NCBI GenBank assembly: GCA_030704615.1
Contig: CM060732.1
Location: 25,110,001-25,174,000, forward strand
Reading direction: 5' to 3'
Source of the DNA: Takakia lepidozioides
Taxonomy: Eukaryota; Plantae; Bryophyta
Length of the DNA stretch: 64,000 nucleotides
Below, in pieces: positions 50,081-61,039 of this stretch (within the stretch, counting starts at the first letter, position 1; each line of letters opens with the position of its first letter). The notes under the pieces were generated by a model. It was not told the origin of the DNA. It did no database searches and saw only the letters and a program-made list of their open reading frames with translations. The translations under genes were made by a program, and so were the position numbers.

Positions 50081-53000
50081 CTAACTTAAGAAGATAGGCT
50101 CCATCCCTCTTTCTCCCTTCTCTTTTCTGACTGTACAGAGAAGTAGAGTATACCTCGATTTCCTCGGTTTCTCAGCTGGTCCCACTGGATACCTGCTTAG
50201 TGCATCTACGTTAGCATGCCTAGCACCTGCTCTGTGAACAATTTTAAACTCAAAATCTTGTAACATCATGATCCATCTACCCCTGCGTCCATATGCGTCA
50301 CTTACCGTTGCCAACCATTCCAGTGGTTTGTGATCAGTCCTGATTACAAAAGGGGTTCCATACAGGTACTGTCGAAAATGTAATACTCCCCACACCAGTG
50401 CATAGCATTCACCCTCCATAGGGTGATATTTGCGCTGAGCATCAGATAGTACCTTACTGGCGTATGCAATGACCCTCTCCTTTTTATACTCCTTTTGTGA
50501 CAAGACTGCCCCTACTCCTTTGATGGACCAGTCAACATCCAAGACGAACGGTCTTGAGAAATCTGGTCTTGCCAGGATGGGAGCAGTTACCAACTTCACC
50601 TGTAAGGTAGAAAAAGCGTTTTGTGCCTCTGCACTCCAGATAAACTTTACATCCTTCTTGGTTAGAGTGAACAAGGGTACTGCCACTCCAGCATATCCTT
50701 TGACATAGGGCCTATAGTACCCTGTCATGCCTAAGTAGCTTTTGAGAGCAGTGTGGTTTTTGGGCAAGGGAAACCTTTCAATAGCAGCTATCTTATCTGG
50801 ATCAGGCCACGTTCCTTCTTCAGAGATCACATGCCCAAGGAATACCAACTGTAAGTTGGCAAAGTAACACTTGTCCGGATTGAGCCTAAGATTGGCCTTT
50901 CTAACCTTGCTCAATACTCTCTTTATATGTCCCACGTGATCTCCCCAGTCCTTGCTATGGATATTGACGTCATCTACAAACACCTTAGCGCAATCTTTGA
51001 TTTCTTCCTTGAGCACTCTATTCATTGTTCTCTGAAAGGTAGCAGTGGCATTTTTTAGCCCGAATGGCATGACCAGCCATTCATACAATCCCTTCTTTGT
51101 GATCACCGCTGTTTTGCCTATGTCTCGGTCGTCCATTTTGATCTGCCAAAAACCAGATTGTAAATCCAGCGCAGAAAACCACTTGGCTTTCCCCAACTGG
51201 TTTAAAACATCCTGAATTAATGGCATAGGGTAAGAGTCCCTTCTGGTCAAACGGTTTACTGGCCTAAAATCACCACAAAACCGCTTGGATCCATCCTTTT
51301 TTGGTGGAAGGGTAACTGGACACGACCATTCTGAACTACTCTCTCTCATCTTGCCTTGTGAGATCAAAGTCTCAATTTGTCCTTGGACCTCGTCTTCCTC
51401 CCATTCTGATAGGCGGCTGGGACGACTTCTGCAAGGGGGAAAACCTTGTGTGTCAATTGTGTGTTCTACCTCACTGCAGTATCCCAAGTCAGCCTTGCTA
51501 AGAGCAAAGCATTCCTGGTTTGCTTTCAGCTCTTGCTCAAGCTCTATCCTATGTTCTGGGGCCAGTTCTGGGTTGATGTGCAGTCTGGATTTCAGACTTC
51601 TCCAACGACTCTCCATTTCTTCCTCTTGACTGGGTTCCCAATTCTTTCCCTCCACCTGGCTTACAGAGTTAGCCATTCTCTGTCGTTCCTCTTGTGTGAC
51701 AACCTGATTCCAATCATGGAAGTCATCCTCTATTTCTAGGTTGTTGTTCCCTAGTTCACCATTCCAAGCTTTCTGATAAGCTTCCTGTATTATGGCAGCA
51801 GCCATGCTCTTATGGGTCTCTTCCTGAAGGAGTTCAGACATCCCTTGGTCCTCGAACAAGTCCTCCCCTAGGTTGACATCGTCTATTATTTCCTCAACAT
51901 CCCTCAGTGCTGTTTCTACCTCCTTACTCTCCTCAGAGCCTCCCATCTCCTCATCTTTATCAGATTTAGAGGTGTCAGAACCTGAGGATGCTTCCTCCGT
52001 GTCCTCATATTCTTCCTCTGGTTTTCTTTTCTTCTCCCACAAGCCTAGGTACTGTTCATCTGACGTCAGGGTTAGGACATTACCTGCTGACGTACTGCTT
52101 GCATATCTCATTCTACTCTCGACCCCTCTATGGTAGGCTGTTTTGGTAACTGCAGGCTCATTATAATTGATGGTGTGCAAAGGGAAGTGAGCAAAATCCT
52201 TTCCTGGCCCATAGCGTACGCGAATTGTTTCAGCTTCGGTGTCCACTACAGCGCCAAACTTTTTGAGAAAGTCCAATCCTAGCAGCATGTGATATGTATC
52301 CGTGTTCACCACCATAAAGGACAAACGATTGGTTAGTTCTCCTACTTTGACCTTGATGTCCTCAAGTCTGCCCATTGCAGTCTCAAGAGCACCTGAGGCT
52401 ACTCTGTAATTCACATCCTTACTAGTAATGACAGATCCCATCAAACCCAGATCCCTGACTGTACTAGCTGATATTACAGAAAGCATGGCACCAGTGTCAA
52501 TCTGGCCTAATACTTGGTAATCTCCCATTGTAATCATTACATGAAGCGCTTTAACCTTACCAGTATAAGCATACGAGATCGTGGGCTCAGCGTGTGCTGA
52601 GTACAAAGGCCTTGGTACATCCTTCACAACTTCTACACTGTGAGTTGTCTCCCTTTGTTGTACCATTGCTCTTTCCACCACTTTGACCAGCCCTTTCAAT
52701 TTGTCTAGCTCTCCGGGCACAGTCATGATCAGGTCCATGGGCGACAACGATATTCTCCCTTTGTAGAAGTGGTTCAAGATTCTGGATTTCGTACCTCCTT
52801 CTATAGCATTCTTGAAATTGTTCTTTGGGTAGATTTCACTCTTGGTCTTGCTTGGCTGTTCACTGCTCTCACTATTCCTTTCTGGTGACCCTGTAGGTTC
52901 AACAATCGGACTCTGGACAGGTATGCGTGTCCTTGGAAGTCTGACTTCATTGATACTATTTCGTGACATCAGATCTGTCATCTCTGCGAGTACATCATCC

Positions 53001-53890
53001 TCATCATCATAGAACACGTCTACAAAGTTAGTTCCCGGAGTTCCCATCATAGTTTGGTCGAGTTTTCTACTGCACTCACTCTCCGTATGCCCGAGTAGCT
53101 TGCAAAAGTTGCATCTCACACCACACATTTCCGTGGAATGCCCGAACCGGTGACATTTGTCACACTTAGCTGGGGTTCTTCCTTCAGGACAATATGCAGC
53201 TATGTGACCTTCTTTGTGACAAACATTACAAAGGCGAACACGAGGTGGTGTTCTAGATCCCGAGCTTTCTCCTATGACTGGTCCCCTATCAAAGTACTTC
53301 TGTAGGGTAGTGTTCAGCTGATCAAGTCTTCTGTCCACAGGGTTGACAAACACAACTGACTCATCTGTATCATCTCCTTCCAATGGTTCTAGAGGTATTT
53401 CCCCTAACTTTCCCAGGCCCCTTTCAATCTCAATGGCTGTGTCAAGTGCTTCCTCTACATCAAGGAAGCGCCTGCCCAGCATTACTCTTGCTATTTCTGG
53501 TCTCAAACCTGCTGCAAATCTACGTCTCTGTTCCAAATCAGACGCCCCACTTCTTATAAATAACCGGTTCAACCTATCGAAGTATGTTTGAACCCTTTGT
53601 CTACTCTCCTGTTTAATGGTATCCATTCTTAGCCTAATTTCTGCCAAGTCAACGATACCAAACTTGGCTGAAATTGCTGCCCTGAAGTCCACCCAGTTGT
53701 TTGGTCTAGGGTTTTGTTTACGGTACCATTCATCAGCCTTGGCTCTCAGGTTGAGCCTTGCTACCTTGAAAGTCTTGTCCTCATTCAAATCCCTGACATC
53801 TGCCTCCATCTGAATTCTCTCCAGCCAGTCATTTACATCCTCACTATTCCTACCATGATAAGGCGCATCTATGCTGGTTGGACTGGTCAT
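50081..53890 (-). CDS. Gag-protease-RT-RNase H polyprotein, 1269 aa
   Basis: Uninterrupted ORF with three CCHC knuckles, QIDTGA, LDLQSGFWQ, FVDD, LDVDWS, TDHKPL. Confidence 0.93.
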   Translation of the reverse strand: MTSPTSIDAPYHGRNSEDVNDWLERIQMEADVRDLNEDKTFKVARLNLRAKADEWYRKQNPRPNNWVDFRAAISAKFGIVDLAEIRLRMDTIKQESRQRVQTYFDRLNRLFIRSGASDLEQRRRFAAGLRPEIARVMLGRRFLDVEEALDTAIEIERGLGKLGEIPLEPLEGDDTDESVVFVNPVDRRLDQLNTTLQKYFDRGPVIGESSGSRTPPRVRLCNVCHKEGHIAAYCPEGRTPAKCDKCHRFGHSTEMCGVRCNFCKLLGHTESECSRKLDQTMMGTPGTNFVDVFYDDEDDVLAEMTDLMSRNSINEVRLPRTRIPVQSPIVEPTGSPERNSESSEQPSKTKSEIYPKNNFKNAIEGGTKSRILNHFYKGRISLSPMDLIMTVPGELDKLKGLVKVVERAMVQQRETTHSVEVVKDVPRPLYSAHAEPTISYAYTGKVKALHVMITMGDYQVLGQIDTGAMLSVISASTVRDLGLMGSVITSKDVNYRVASGALETAMGRLEDIKVKVGELTNRLSFMVVNTDTYHMLLGLDFLKKFGAVVDTEAETIRVRYGPGKDFAHFPLHTINYNEPAVTKTAYHRGVESRMRYASSTSAGNVLTLTSDEQYLGLWEKKRKPEEEYEDTEEASSGSDTSKSDKDEEMGGSEESKEVETALRDVEEIIDDVNLGEDLFEDQGMSELLQEETHKSMAAAIIQEAYQKAWNGELGNNNLEIEDDFHDWNQVVTQEERQRMANSVSQVEGKNWEPSQEEEMESRWRSLKSRLHINPELAPEHRIELEQELKANQECFALSKADLGYCSEVEHTIDTQGFPPCRSRPSRLSEWEEDEVQGQIETLISQGKMRESSSEWSCPVTLPPKKDGSKRFCGDFRPVNRLTRRDSYPMPLIQDVLNQLGKAKWFSALDLQSGFWQIKMDDRDIGKTAVITKKGLYEWLVMPFGLKNATATFQRTMNRVLKEEIKDCAKVFVDDVNIHSKDWGDHVGHIKRVLSKVRKANLRLNPDKCYFANLQLVFLGHVISEEGTWPDPDKIAAIERFPLPKNHTALKSYLGMTGYYRPYVKGYAGVAVPLFTLTKKDVKFIWSAEAQNAFSTLQVKLVTAPILARPDFSRPFVLDVDWSIKGVGAVLSQKEYKKERVIAYASKVLSDAQRKYHPMEGECYALVWGVLHFRQYLYGTPFVIRTDHKPLEWLATVSDAYGRRGRWIMMLQDFEFKIVHRAGARHANVDALSRYPVGPAEKPRKSRYTLLLCTVRKEKGERGMEPIFLS

Positions 53891-56800
53891 CCTTCTATTC
53901 TCTAATCAAAGTTCAAACTGTTTCAACACCTAATTCTGACTCTAATTTTTCCGCAACTCCCTTAATGTTGACCTCTATACCACTCCCACTGTCCATTTCG
54001 CAACATCTCTACTCTACCTCCCCATGTCACCTCTCGTGCCATGGTATTTATCTTCACCCACCTTCCTAACTCTCTTATCCAAAGTGCTATGGTTGTTCTT
54101 CCACCAGTATGAATCACTCTAAGACATAAATCACCATTGGCTATTCTCCAAGCAGGGTTGAAGAAGTACAAACAAGGGTCTGCGTGTGCATTTGGTGTGC
54201 GTCTGCTGAAGCAAATCAGCACATCTCCAATGCTTGGTTCATCAGGAATCAGTGTGTGGTCTCTTCCTGCCATCAAACCATCCAATACCAGTCAAGATCC
54301 CTAGCTAGTAGAAATCAAGATTTAACATCCTAAGCTCTGATACCAAAAGAAGGGGCGTGAATCCCCTTCTGTGCAAGTCTAGTTGTGCTCTTCCCTAGGT
54401 CAATCGGAGGGAAGGAAAGGAGCTCTCCCTCTCAGCTGATCCAACCATCGTCACTCGGTGTGGGTTTCCATCAGGTCCTTCGTGATCAGAGTTCGCACAA
54501 TCCTCATCCACGCCGCAGCGGAAGAGAAGACATGGATGGGGAGTCTGTATTGTTTTCACCCGTGGTTCTACTTCTACACGACATCCTTTCCCTGATACAC
54601 TGCACCAGCCATGTTACCATGCGGTCTTCAGTGATGCAACCAGCCCTACGTCAGTGATGACCACTGCCCTTGTGGGCAGCTCTCTTGGTCAACAATACGT
54701 GGAATCCCCTTTGTAACAAGATCACGATTTGGAAGGCGGCAACGCAGATCTGCCATGAGTTTGCAGGCCCACCAGTTTGGCCCTTCATGGTTTCATGCTT
54801 TCTTTATCTTACCTCCCCAATCATCCATTCCTCATCATAACCTCTTGCTGGTCAACTCTCTCCCTTGTGTCCTTTTCTCTCTCCCTCTCTCTTTCTTTCA
54901 GGATAAGTGGGTTCCTCACTCTTTCCACTGTAACATGCCTATGATGCAATGCAATGCGCATTCAGCCAAGCATCCAGTGCACCCAGCATTGAAATCAACC
55001 TTGGTCACACAAGATATAATCAGCCCTTTTATCAGTCCCTCTCTTGCCAATGACAGATGCTTCACACTCCACTTTTCCCAGGTATAACCATTGCCCAAGA
55101 CAGCTCTCAACCCTTCAACAGGTCTCAATTTACACACCCTGACAGCTCTCTTTTTCCCATCAGCTGTGAACCTCAGTGGTTCATGGGCTGAGAGCACTCT
55201 GAGAATCAGATCCAAACCCAAACAGATGCTGGTTTTTCTGCCCCATCCACATCATCCCTTCTTGTTGTTTCCAAACAGTTCTATCTAACCCTCTCTGGTT
55301 TCCTCTACCTACTAAGCTAGTTCCACATTGGCTGCAATGTGTCAACATCCCAGGCTAGATTGTTTGTACAAGCTCATGACGTTGAAACAAGGAACAAGAA
55401 TACAACAACAGTAACCATTCTGTCCCAGCAACGAGTCTACCCTGTTTCCATTCATTTTCCTACTGTACAATGTAATAGCAGGTGCATCCATCTCCAGCCC
55501 ATCCTGGTTTGAAGTCCAGTGTCTTCATTCCATTTACAAAGCTCTTTTTCTTCCTCACATGTCAGTGTCTCTTACTACATACAAGAGACAGTTCAAACTT
55601 CACAAAGCGATTTCTAAGCAACCAAAAACCAAAAAGGGGGCCTACACTCCTCGAACTTATCTGTCTTATACTCCTTGAAGTGGTGGGTCTGCCTGTCAAG
55701 AAGGCACCTTATCCTCTCCCTCGTCAGCCATCTCCGACGTTTCTTCTTATCGTGATTCCAGTCCTCATTAAGGCATGACGGCTCTGCTTCAGCTGCTGGC
55801 ACATCCTTGTGCCTGCCAACCTCTACCCTATCCTTCTACATGTGCATTTCCTCCCTATGAGGTGATCTGGTCCTACAGCCCTTAAGACAGAGAGCAGATA
55901 CATAACTTATTTATAGATAGCTTAAGCGCCATACACACCAGAAGGCGGCACCGCTTCCTCTTGCACAGAAAGCCAAGCCAGATCCCTCAACGTCACTCTT
56001 TAAGGCAAGCTGATTCCCTTACAAAGTGATCTGGTCCTACAGCTCAAAAACAGACAGCAGCTACAAGATTTGATCACTGACAACCTGAGGCGATAATACA
56101 CACCAGCCTGCATTTCTCATCCCCCAACACCTGCTGAGCCACTCCATCTCCTCATTAATGTGCTCACAAATACCATGGCGACAGCAGTGGTGCACCGCCC
56201 TTATCACAAACCCGATCCCTCAGGTTTGATCATTGCTTACGAAGAAGGCGGCACCGCTTCTTCTTGCACAGAAAGCCAAGCAGGAGTTCTTAACATTTCT
56301 CTTAAAAGCAAGCTGATACCCTTTGCGTAGGTGGAACCTTCTCAGATATCCTGTGCTGCCAACACCACTGCAGCAGCTGCGAAAAGATCCACGCACTCTT
56401 CCCCTTCGAATTTCACATCCCGCTTCTAGGGTTCAACATCATGGATGAAAATCATTCATCCTAGGGATGAAAAAGGTGCATGTCATAACTTAGCCATATT
56501 TTGTTCTTGGCAGATAAATAGCATAGTCCTTCCATGGAATTACCTCAAGTTATGGTCAATTCCTCCCCTTCATTAGCACGAAGGGTACTCCCTTTGTAGT
56601 AGTGCCGAAACCTGATGCCAAACACAAACTTGAGATTTTTACTCCCTGCATTCACACTACAGTACATCGGCTGTTCAGAACTCAGACACAATAAAATCAT
56701 TTTTATCACGAATCGGTGATGATCGGTGTCGTAACAGATTCTACTAGAGTGGAGCTGCAGAGAACATTGAAACTCATCATGAAAGCACAAGCAGAAGGGA

Positions 56801-58055
56801 GACGGCATACCAGCTGACCAGGGAAACCCCCTTTCACAAGGTAGAGGCTGTTCACACAATTCCATGTGCGCAAAACTTCAAACCCTGAAGACTTGAGGTA
56901 TGATGCCAATGCCCGATGACTATCATTGTCACATGACTGAAAAAGCAGAAGTGTCCCTGCATCAGAGAGGAAGTTATTACAGAACCTGAACACCCAACTC
57001 CAGTAGTTGTCCTCGAATTTGTTCCAACCTGACGTCTTGCCCTTTGGAAGAACTTCTGGCACAGCCTGGCCATCCGGGATGTCGAGAATGACAATGTCGG
57101 CCGCATAAGTTTTCTGCACACCGCACACGAAGGTGGGACCTGTGCTCACCTGCAACAGACATGTTTTTATAAGAACGATGGCAAGAATGTTTTCAAAGAA
57201 CGAGACTGAAATACTGCCAACGAAACTTTCAGAGAAAAAGGAAAGAAACTGGAATTCTCACCAGATTGAGGAATAAGATTATATTGTCCCAGGTAGGCGA
57301 AGGCACCCCAGTGTATCCTCTCTTTCGACTCTGCATCATCGACAGCCAACCCTCATTAACAATTTTCATCTCTCCTGCCGAATCAGAACGGGAAGGGTGT
57401 GGCTTGGCATCAAATACGCACTGAACAGTGCGGGTATATTTTCCAGCAGTAAAGTCATGCCCACTCTCCATCTCCTTTTCTTTCTCCTTCCCCTTGTCCT
57501 TTTCCCTCTCTTTGGACTTGTCTTTGTCCTTTGGCTTTGCTGGTGAGATGGCTATGACATCAACAGCCTTGTCTTTTGGTTTGCGGCCCGCCTTCTTTCC
57601 CTTCTGCGGCGTTCCCTGAGCATCAGGCTCCTTGGCAGCCAATGTTGCTATGTTTCGTTGGTACTCTTCGTCAGTCAAAGGCGCCAGCATCTCAGCGTTA
57701 TTGTTCAAGTATTTCATATGCTGTTCTTTGAAAGGTCGTGTGCTCCGGTGGGCAGTCAAGGTACCACCCACAGTCTCTGAAGTGAGAAGGACTCCAGTCC
57801 TTCAATATCCCTGCAGTATACATGGTTGGATCGTTTGCAGGGTCCGACCACATGTCAAGATAGTCTGGAATTCCGCTCAGGTGATTTCCTTCCATGAGCA
57901 CATATTTCGTGTACCTGAAAAAAAGGAGATAAATCCCAACCCACAAAAGCGCTCAGTGAGTAAGATGCAAGTAGAACAGAATGAAAAAAACATAGATTGA
58001 AATGGCTCTCAGAACTGCTCCAAGGACCTTTCAGGACCACACGACTGCTCCAGAT

Positions 58056-58797
58056 GTGAATGTCGTCAACGCCATTCAAAACATTCCATTCAATGATACT
58101 GTAAATACACCCTAATCCAGGTGAATGCAAACTATCGTTTTGGAATGACACAGACATAGAAGTGAATGTCATCAACGACATTCACTTTGGATTTGTGAAT
58201 ACACTCGTAATCAAGCCTAATTATTCCTCAAATGAAGCAAAATCACAGGATGGAAATCATAAACTCGAGTAAGGAACCCTCCCGGAAAACTCAATGCACA
58301 TTCATAACGAACATATCACTGAGGACCTCACAACAACACTGTATGTGAATGGCGTCAACGCCATTCACAAAAATACCAACAAGGAACCAATTACTTAGCT
58401 CCCAATCCATGTAAATTCAAATTGTCACTGGTAAATAATACAGACACAGAAGTGAATGTCGTCAACGACATTCACTTTGGATTTCTCATAAAAGAGCTTA
58501 TCAAGCCTTCAGATTCCTCGCAAGAGGCAAAAACAATGCAGAACAACTGAATGTCTGCATTGACATTCAGCAAAATGAAGTGAGGAACCCTCACTGTAAC
58601 CTCTATGGACATTACAAAAATTTACATAACTCTGAGGACCTCTCAACAACTCCGGTTGTGAATGTCGTCAACGCCATTCAAGGACATTATCAATTCTAAT
58701 CATGGACACTATAATTACACCCTTAGAACCAGGTGAATTCATATACTCGCTTAAGAATGACTCAGACAAAAAAGTGAATGTCGTCAATGACATTCAA
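58056..58797. repeat. Array of seven 24-bp palindromes GTGAATGTCG-N4-CGACATTCAC within a roughly 300-bp higher-order repeat
   Basis: Copies start at 58056, 58162, 58345, 58452, 58547, 58658 and 58774. Confidence 0.9.
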
Positions 58798-58900
58798 TCT
58801 GGATCTATGATTGCAATCCTTATGAAGCCACATTTTTTCCTAAAAAAAGCAGTAGAGTTTCAAGTATGACATTGCACCTGTAAACAACTCGCATCATGGC

Positions 58901-59007
58901 TGTTAGAGGACTGCCAGGGACTTAGACATTTTTACGGGATCTGAGGAGTACCCTTAATTTTTGCACAGACTGAGACCAACATGAGCCTTAGGGATGATAA
59001 CAGCGCA
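58901..59007 (+). repeat. Truncated family C LTR end
   Basis: Diverged reverse complement of 40821-40927, beginning at the LTR terminus TGTTAGAGGA. Confidence 0.8.
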
Positions 59008-59853
59008 CGAGGTTTACTATTTCATGAGCAGAAACCATGAGCCATGAGCCATGAGCCGCATGAGCCGCATGAGCGGTGAGCCGAAGTCTAAGATACGCGG
59101 ATTTCATGAGCGGACTCCTCCAAATTTGGAAATGCGGCAGATTAAACAAGTATTAAAATGATAGTTTTTTATTTGACCTTGCCGTTTTTGGACGTTCCAG
59201 ATCATGTAATGCGGCGAAGATATGTCGTCAGTAACAAGTCCGCTCATGGTTTTATAGATCCGCTCATGGAAATAAGTGACCGTGCAACGGGAAATCCAGT
59301 ATACCACTGCAAAAGGACGTCGCATACTGGCCTGTATAGAGTATTCCGCGGTTTTACATGCCTTAACATTGGAATGAAGCTGACCCTTTTGCCGCGATTG
59401 AACCAATGGAGTCTGCACCAATACAGTCTGCAGTACTTCACAATTCTGTCTTCTTCGGGTATTCGGCGGGAAAGGTTTGCAACTGAACTGGGAAATAGGG
59501 TGCCGCATTAGGGTTCGCACGTGCGAAATTTCGGAGCGGTTTGGTGTTGGCGAAGGCCGCCTCTGGGGGTACCTACGACGATACTTGGAAATTCGGCGCC
59601 GCATTTCCTTGTCGGAGGTCGAATGAGGAGAGCAAGTTTTCGGAAAGCAGAAAAACATGAACCCTCCAACATACAAAAATACATGCACGTGGAAACAAGT
59701 GAACGATATAGTAATATCTTAGTTCGATCAAAACAGGTTACTGGTAGGCAAGACATATGTCGGACCTTTGTGTGGCCAGAGTCTGAGGTACTGGCAGCAG
59801 TACAGTTCTACTATCCGATGGGCGTACCATTGTATGTGGACCGCAAGCCAAGC

Positions 59854-61023
59854 TCACTGGTCCCCTGGATCCATATTCAGAAGAGTGTGAACCTCCTGGG
59901 GGCTCAACCCTGGTGCATGTATGAAGTGATGAGTTGTGGAATTACGACGGAGTCTCTTTAGGTACACGTAGTACAAATGCTTGCAAGGGCAGTATGATGC
60001 CCCCTTGTTCGCCATGATCTGGAAGTCGGTGCAATTGCAGGTGGGTAATTCTGAAATGGTGATGGTGTACACCTCATTGCGAACAGCTGAGCCCGCCGTG
60101 GCCATCTGATACACACGCCCGAATCCTGGTGGGGGCACTTCTGTCGAGCTCTGGATTGTACAGTTCATCCGAAGTGCATTCCCCATCCTTGTCTCGTTCA
60201 CTTTTGAGGGAGGTCGCCGCCTCTTCGGTTTCCCCCAACGGTGTGTAGGATGCTTAGAGCTGTCGTGTCCCATTGTTCTTGCTCTCACAGGGGTCGGTGG
60301 TGGAGGCTGTGGAAGCGGAAATGGTTGTCTGGGCACGTCAGTGCGCTGCACCATCCGAAATCCTGCGGCGGTAAGGGCGTCGGCCTCAACCTGACTCAGA
60401 TCGCAGCCTGGTTCCACCGGCCACACCGGGGGAGCCTCTGGCATTGTCTGTATGCCGTACTTGGGCTTTCCATACACGCAAGTCATAATGTCGTGCCTGC
60501 AGAACCAGAACTGGGTGGTTGTCGCCTCCGCAAACTTTGCATGGACAAATCTTCCTGTAAAAGTAGGAGCAGGGACAGCCCCATCTGGATTCCTCCTTAT
60601 CATCTCTAAACAACGTTGCCGTGTATCCACACGAATTGCGGAACACCTTCCTCGAAACGACGGCTTTGTGCGAGCAATTCTCCACTGTGAGGCAGACACA
60701 GTCGTCTCCACAATGGCTTGGCCATACTGCATAACAGCGGGCGGAATGTGGGGCAAGGGAGCGGTGGGAATTTGTTGCACGAAATCCCCGGTTGAAGGCG
60801 ACGGCGATCTGGAATTTCTTGGGCTTCCACTGCTGGAAGACACATTGTGCGGCAACATGACGGGACCTCGAGGTGCTGTCCGAATGTTCCTGTCGGATCT
60901 CCAGGAATCCTCTTCGCACCCGGGTTCCTCTTCAATCCTCCGCCTGACAGGGCGAGTCCGGACGTCCCCCTCTAGGTGTTCACCTCTGCGGTGCAGAGGC
61001 GTCCCTTTGATCTTCTCTCGCAA
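59854..61023 (-). CDS. SWIM zinc-finger protein, probably transposon-associated; 5' end lost in the gap
   Basis: 389-codon open frame ending YTITISELPTCNCTDF..CPCKHLYYV (CxC..CxH SWIM pattern). Confidence 0.75.
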   Translation of the reverse strand: MREKIKGTPLHRRGEHLEGDVRTRPVRRRIEEEPGCEEDSWRSDRNIRTAPRGPVMLPHNVSSSSGSPRNSRSPSPSTGDFVQQIPTAPLPHIPPAVMQYGQAIVETTVSASQWRIARTKPSFRGRCSAIRVDTRQRCLEMIRRNPDGAVPAPTFTGRFVHAKFAEATTTQFWFCRHDIMTCVYGKPKYGIQTMPEAPPVWPVEPGCDLSQVEADALTAAGFRMVQRTDVPRQPFPLPQPPPPTPVRARTMGHDSSKHPTHRWGKPKRRRPPSKVNETRMGNALRMNCTIQSSTEVPPPGFGRVYQMATAGSAVRNEVYTITISELPTCNCTDFQIMANKGASYCPCKHLYYVYLKRLRRNSTTHHFIHAPGLSPQEVHTLLNMDPGDQ

Positions 61024-61039
61024 TGTTGTCGCCCATTTC

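Larger units (their letters stand above)
45426..56661 (-). mobile_element. Young full-length Ty3/Gypsy element with 2.3-kb LTRs and 4-bp TSD
   Basis: LTRs 45426-47751 and 54346-56661 (one mismatch noticed, 45881/54791), outer termini TGTAGTGTGAA..TTCACACTACA, TSD GTAC (45422-45425 / 56662-56665), PBS TGGTATCAGAGC 54334-54345, PPT 47763-47774. Confidence 0.96.
44406..57914 (-). pseudogene. Beta-class amino-methyltransferase-like (N6_N4_Mtase fold) gene, multi-exon, probably frameshifted
   Basis: Exons about 57914-57261, 57149-56810, 45371-45085, 44989-44800, 44712-44406. DIVILDIPD (motif IV position), FLSDAGTLLLF, then GAKEKSPAFMQILLESCSHRSARVVDLSVSTGATYHACKAGGRSLFGMEGD (motif X-I-II order of beta MTases). 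Confidence 0.7.
43785..58900 (-). mobile_element. DNA-transposon-like element carrying a spliced N4C/N6A methyltransferase-like gene; right end not seen
   Basis: Left end homologous to 11018-11250 (GGGATGCC..GTGAGCCTGG..GCCACGTCA), GGATGAAT repeats 43990-44340, spliced gene, palindrome array 58056-58797. Hosts the LTR element 45426-56661. Confidence 0.7.

Noticed and set aside
58056-58797. CRISPR-like spaced palindromes (also 11994-12531)
   Set aside because: Spacers are long, uneven and homologous to each other; there are no cas genes and the context is eukaryotic.
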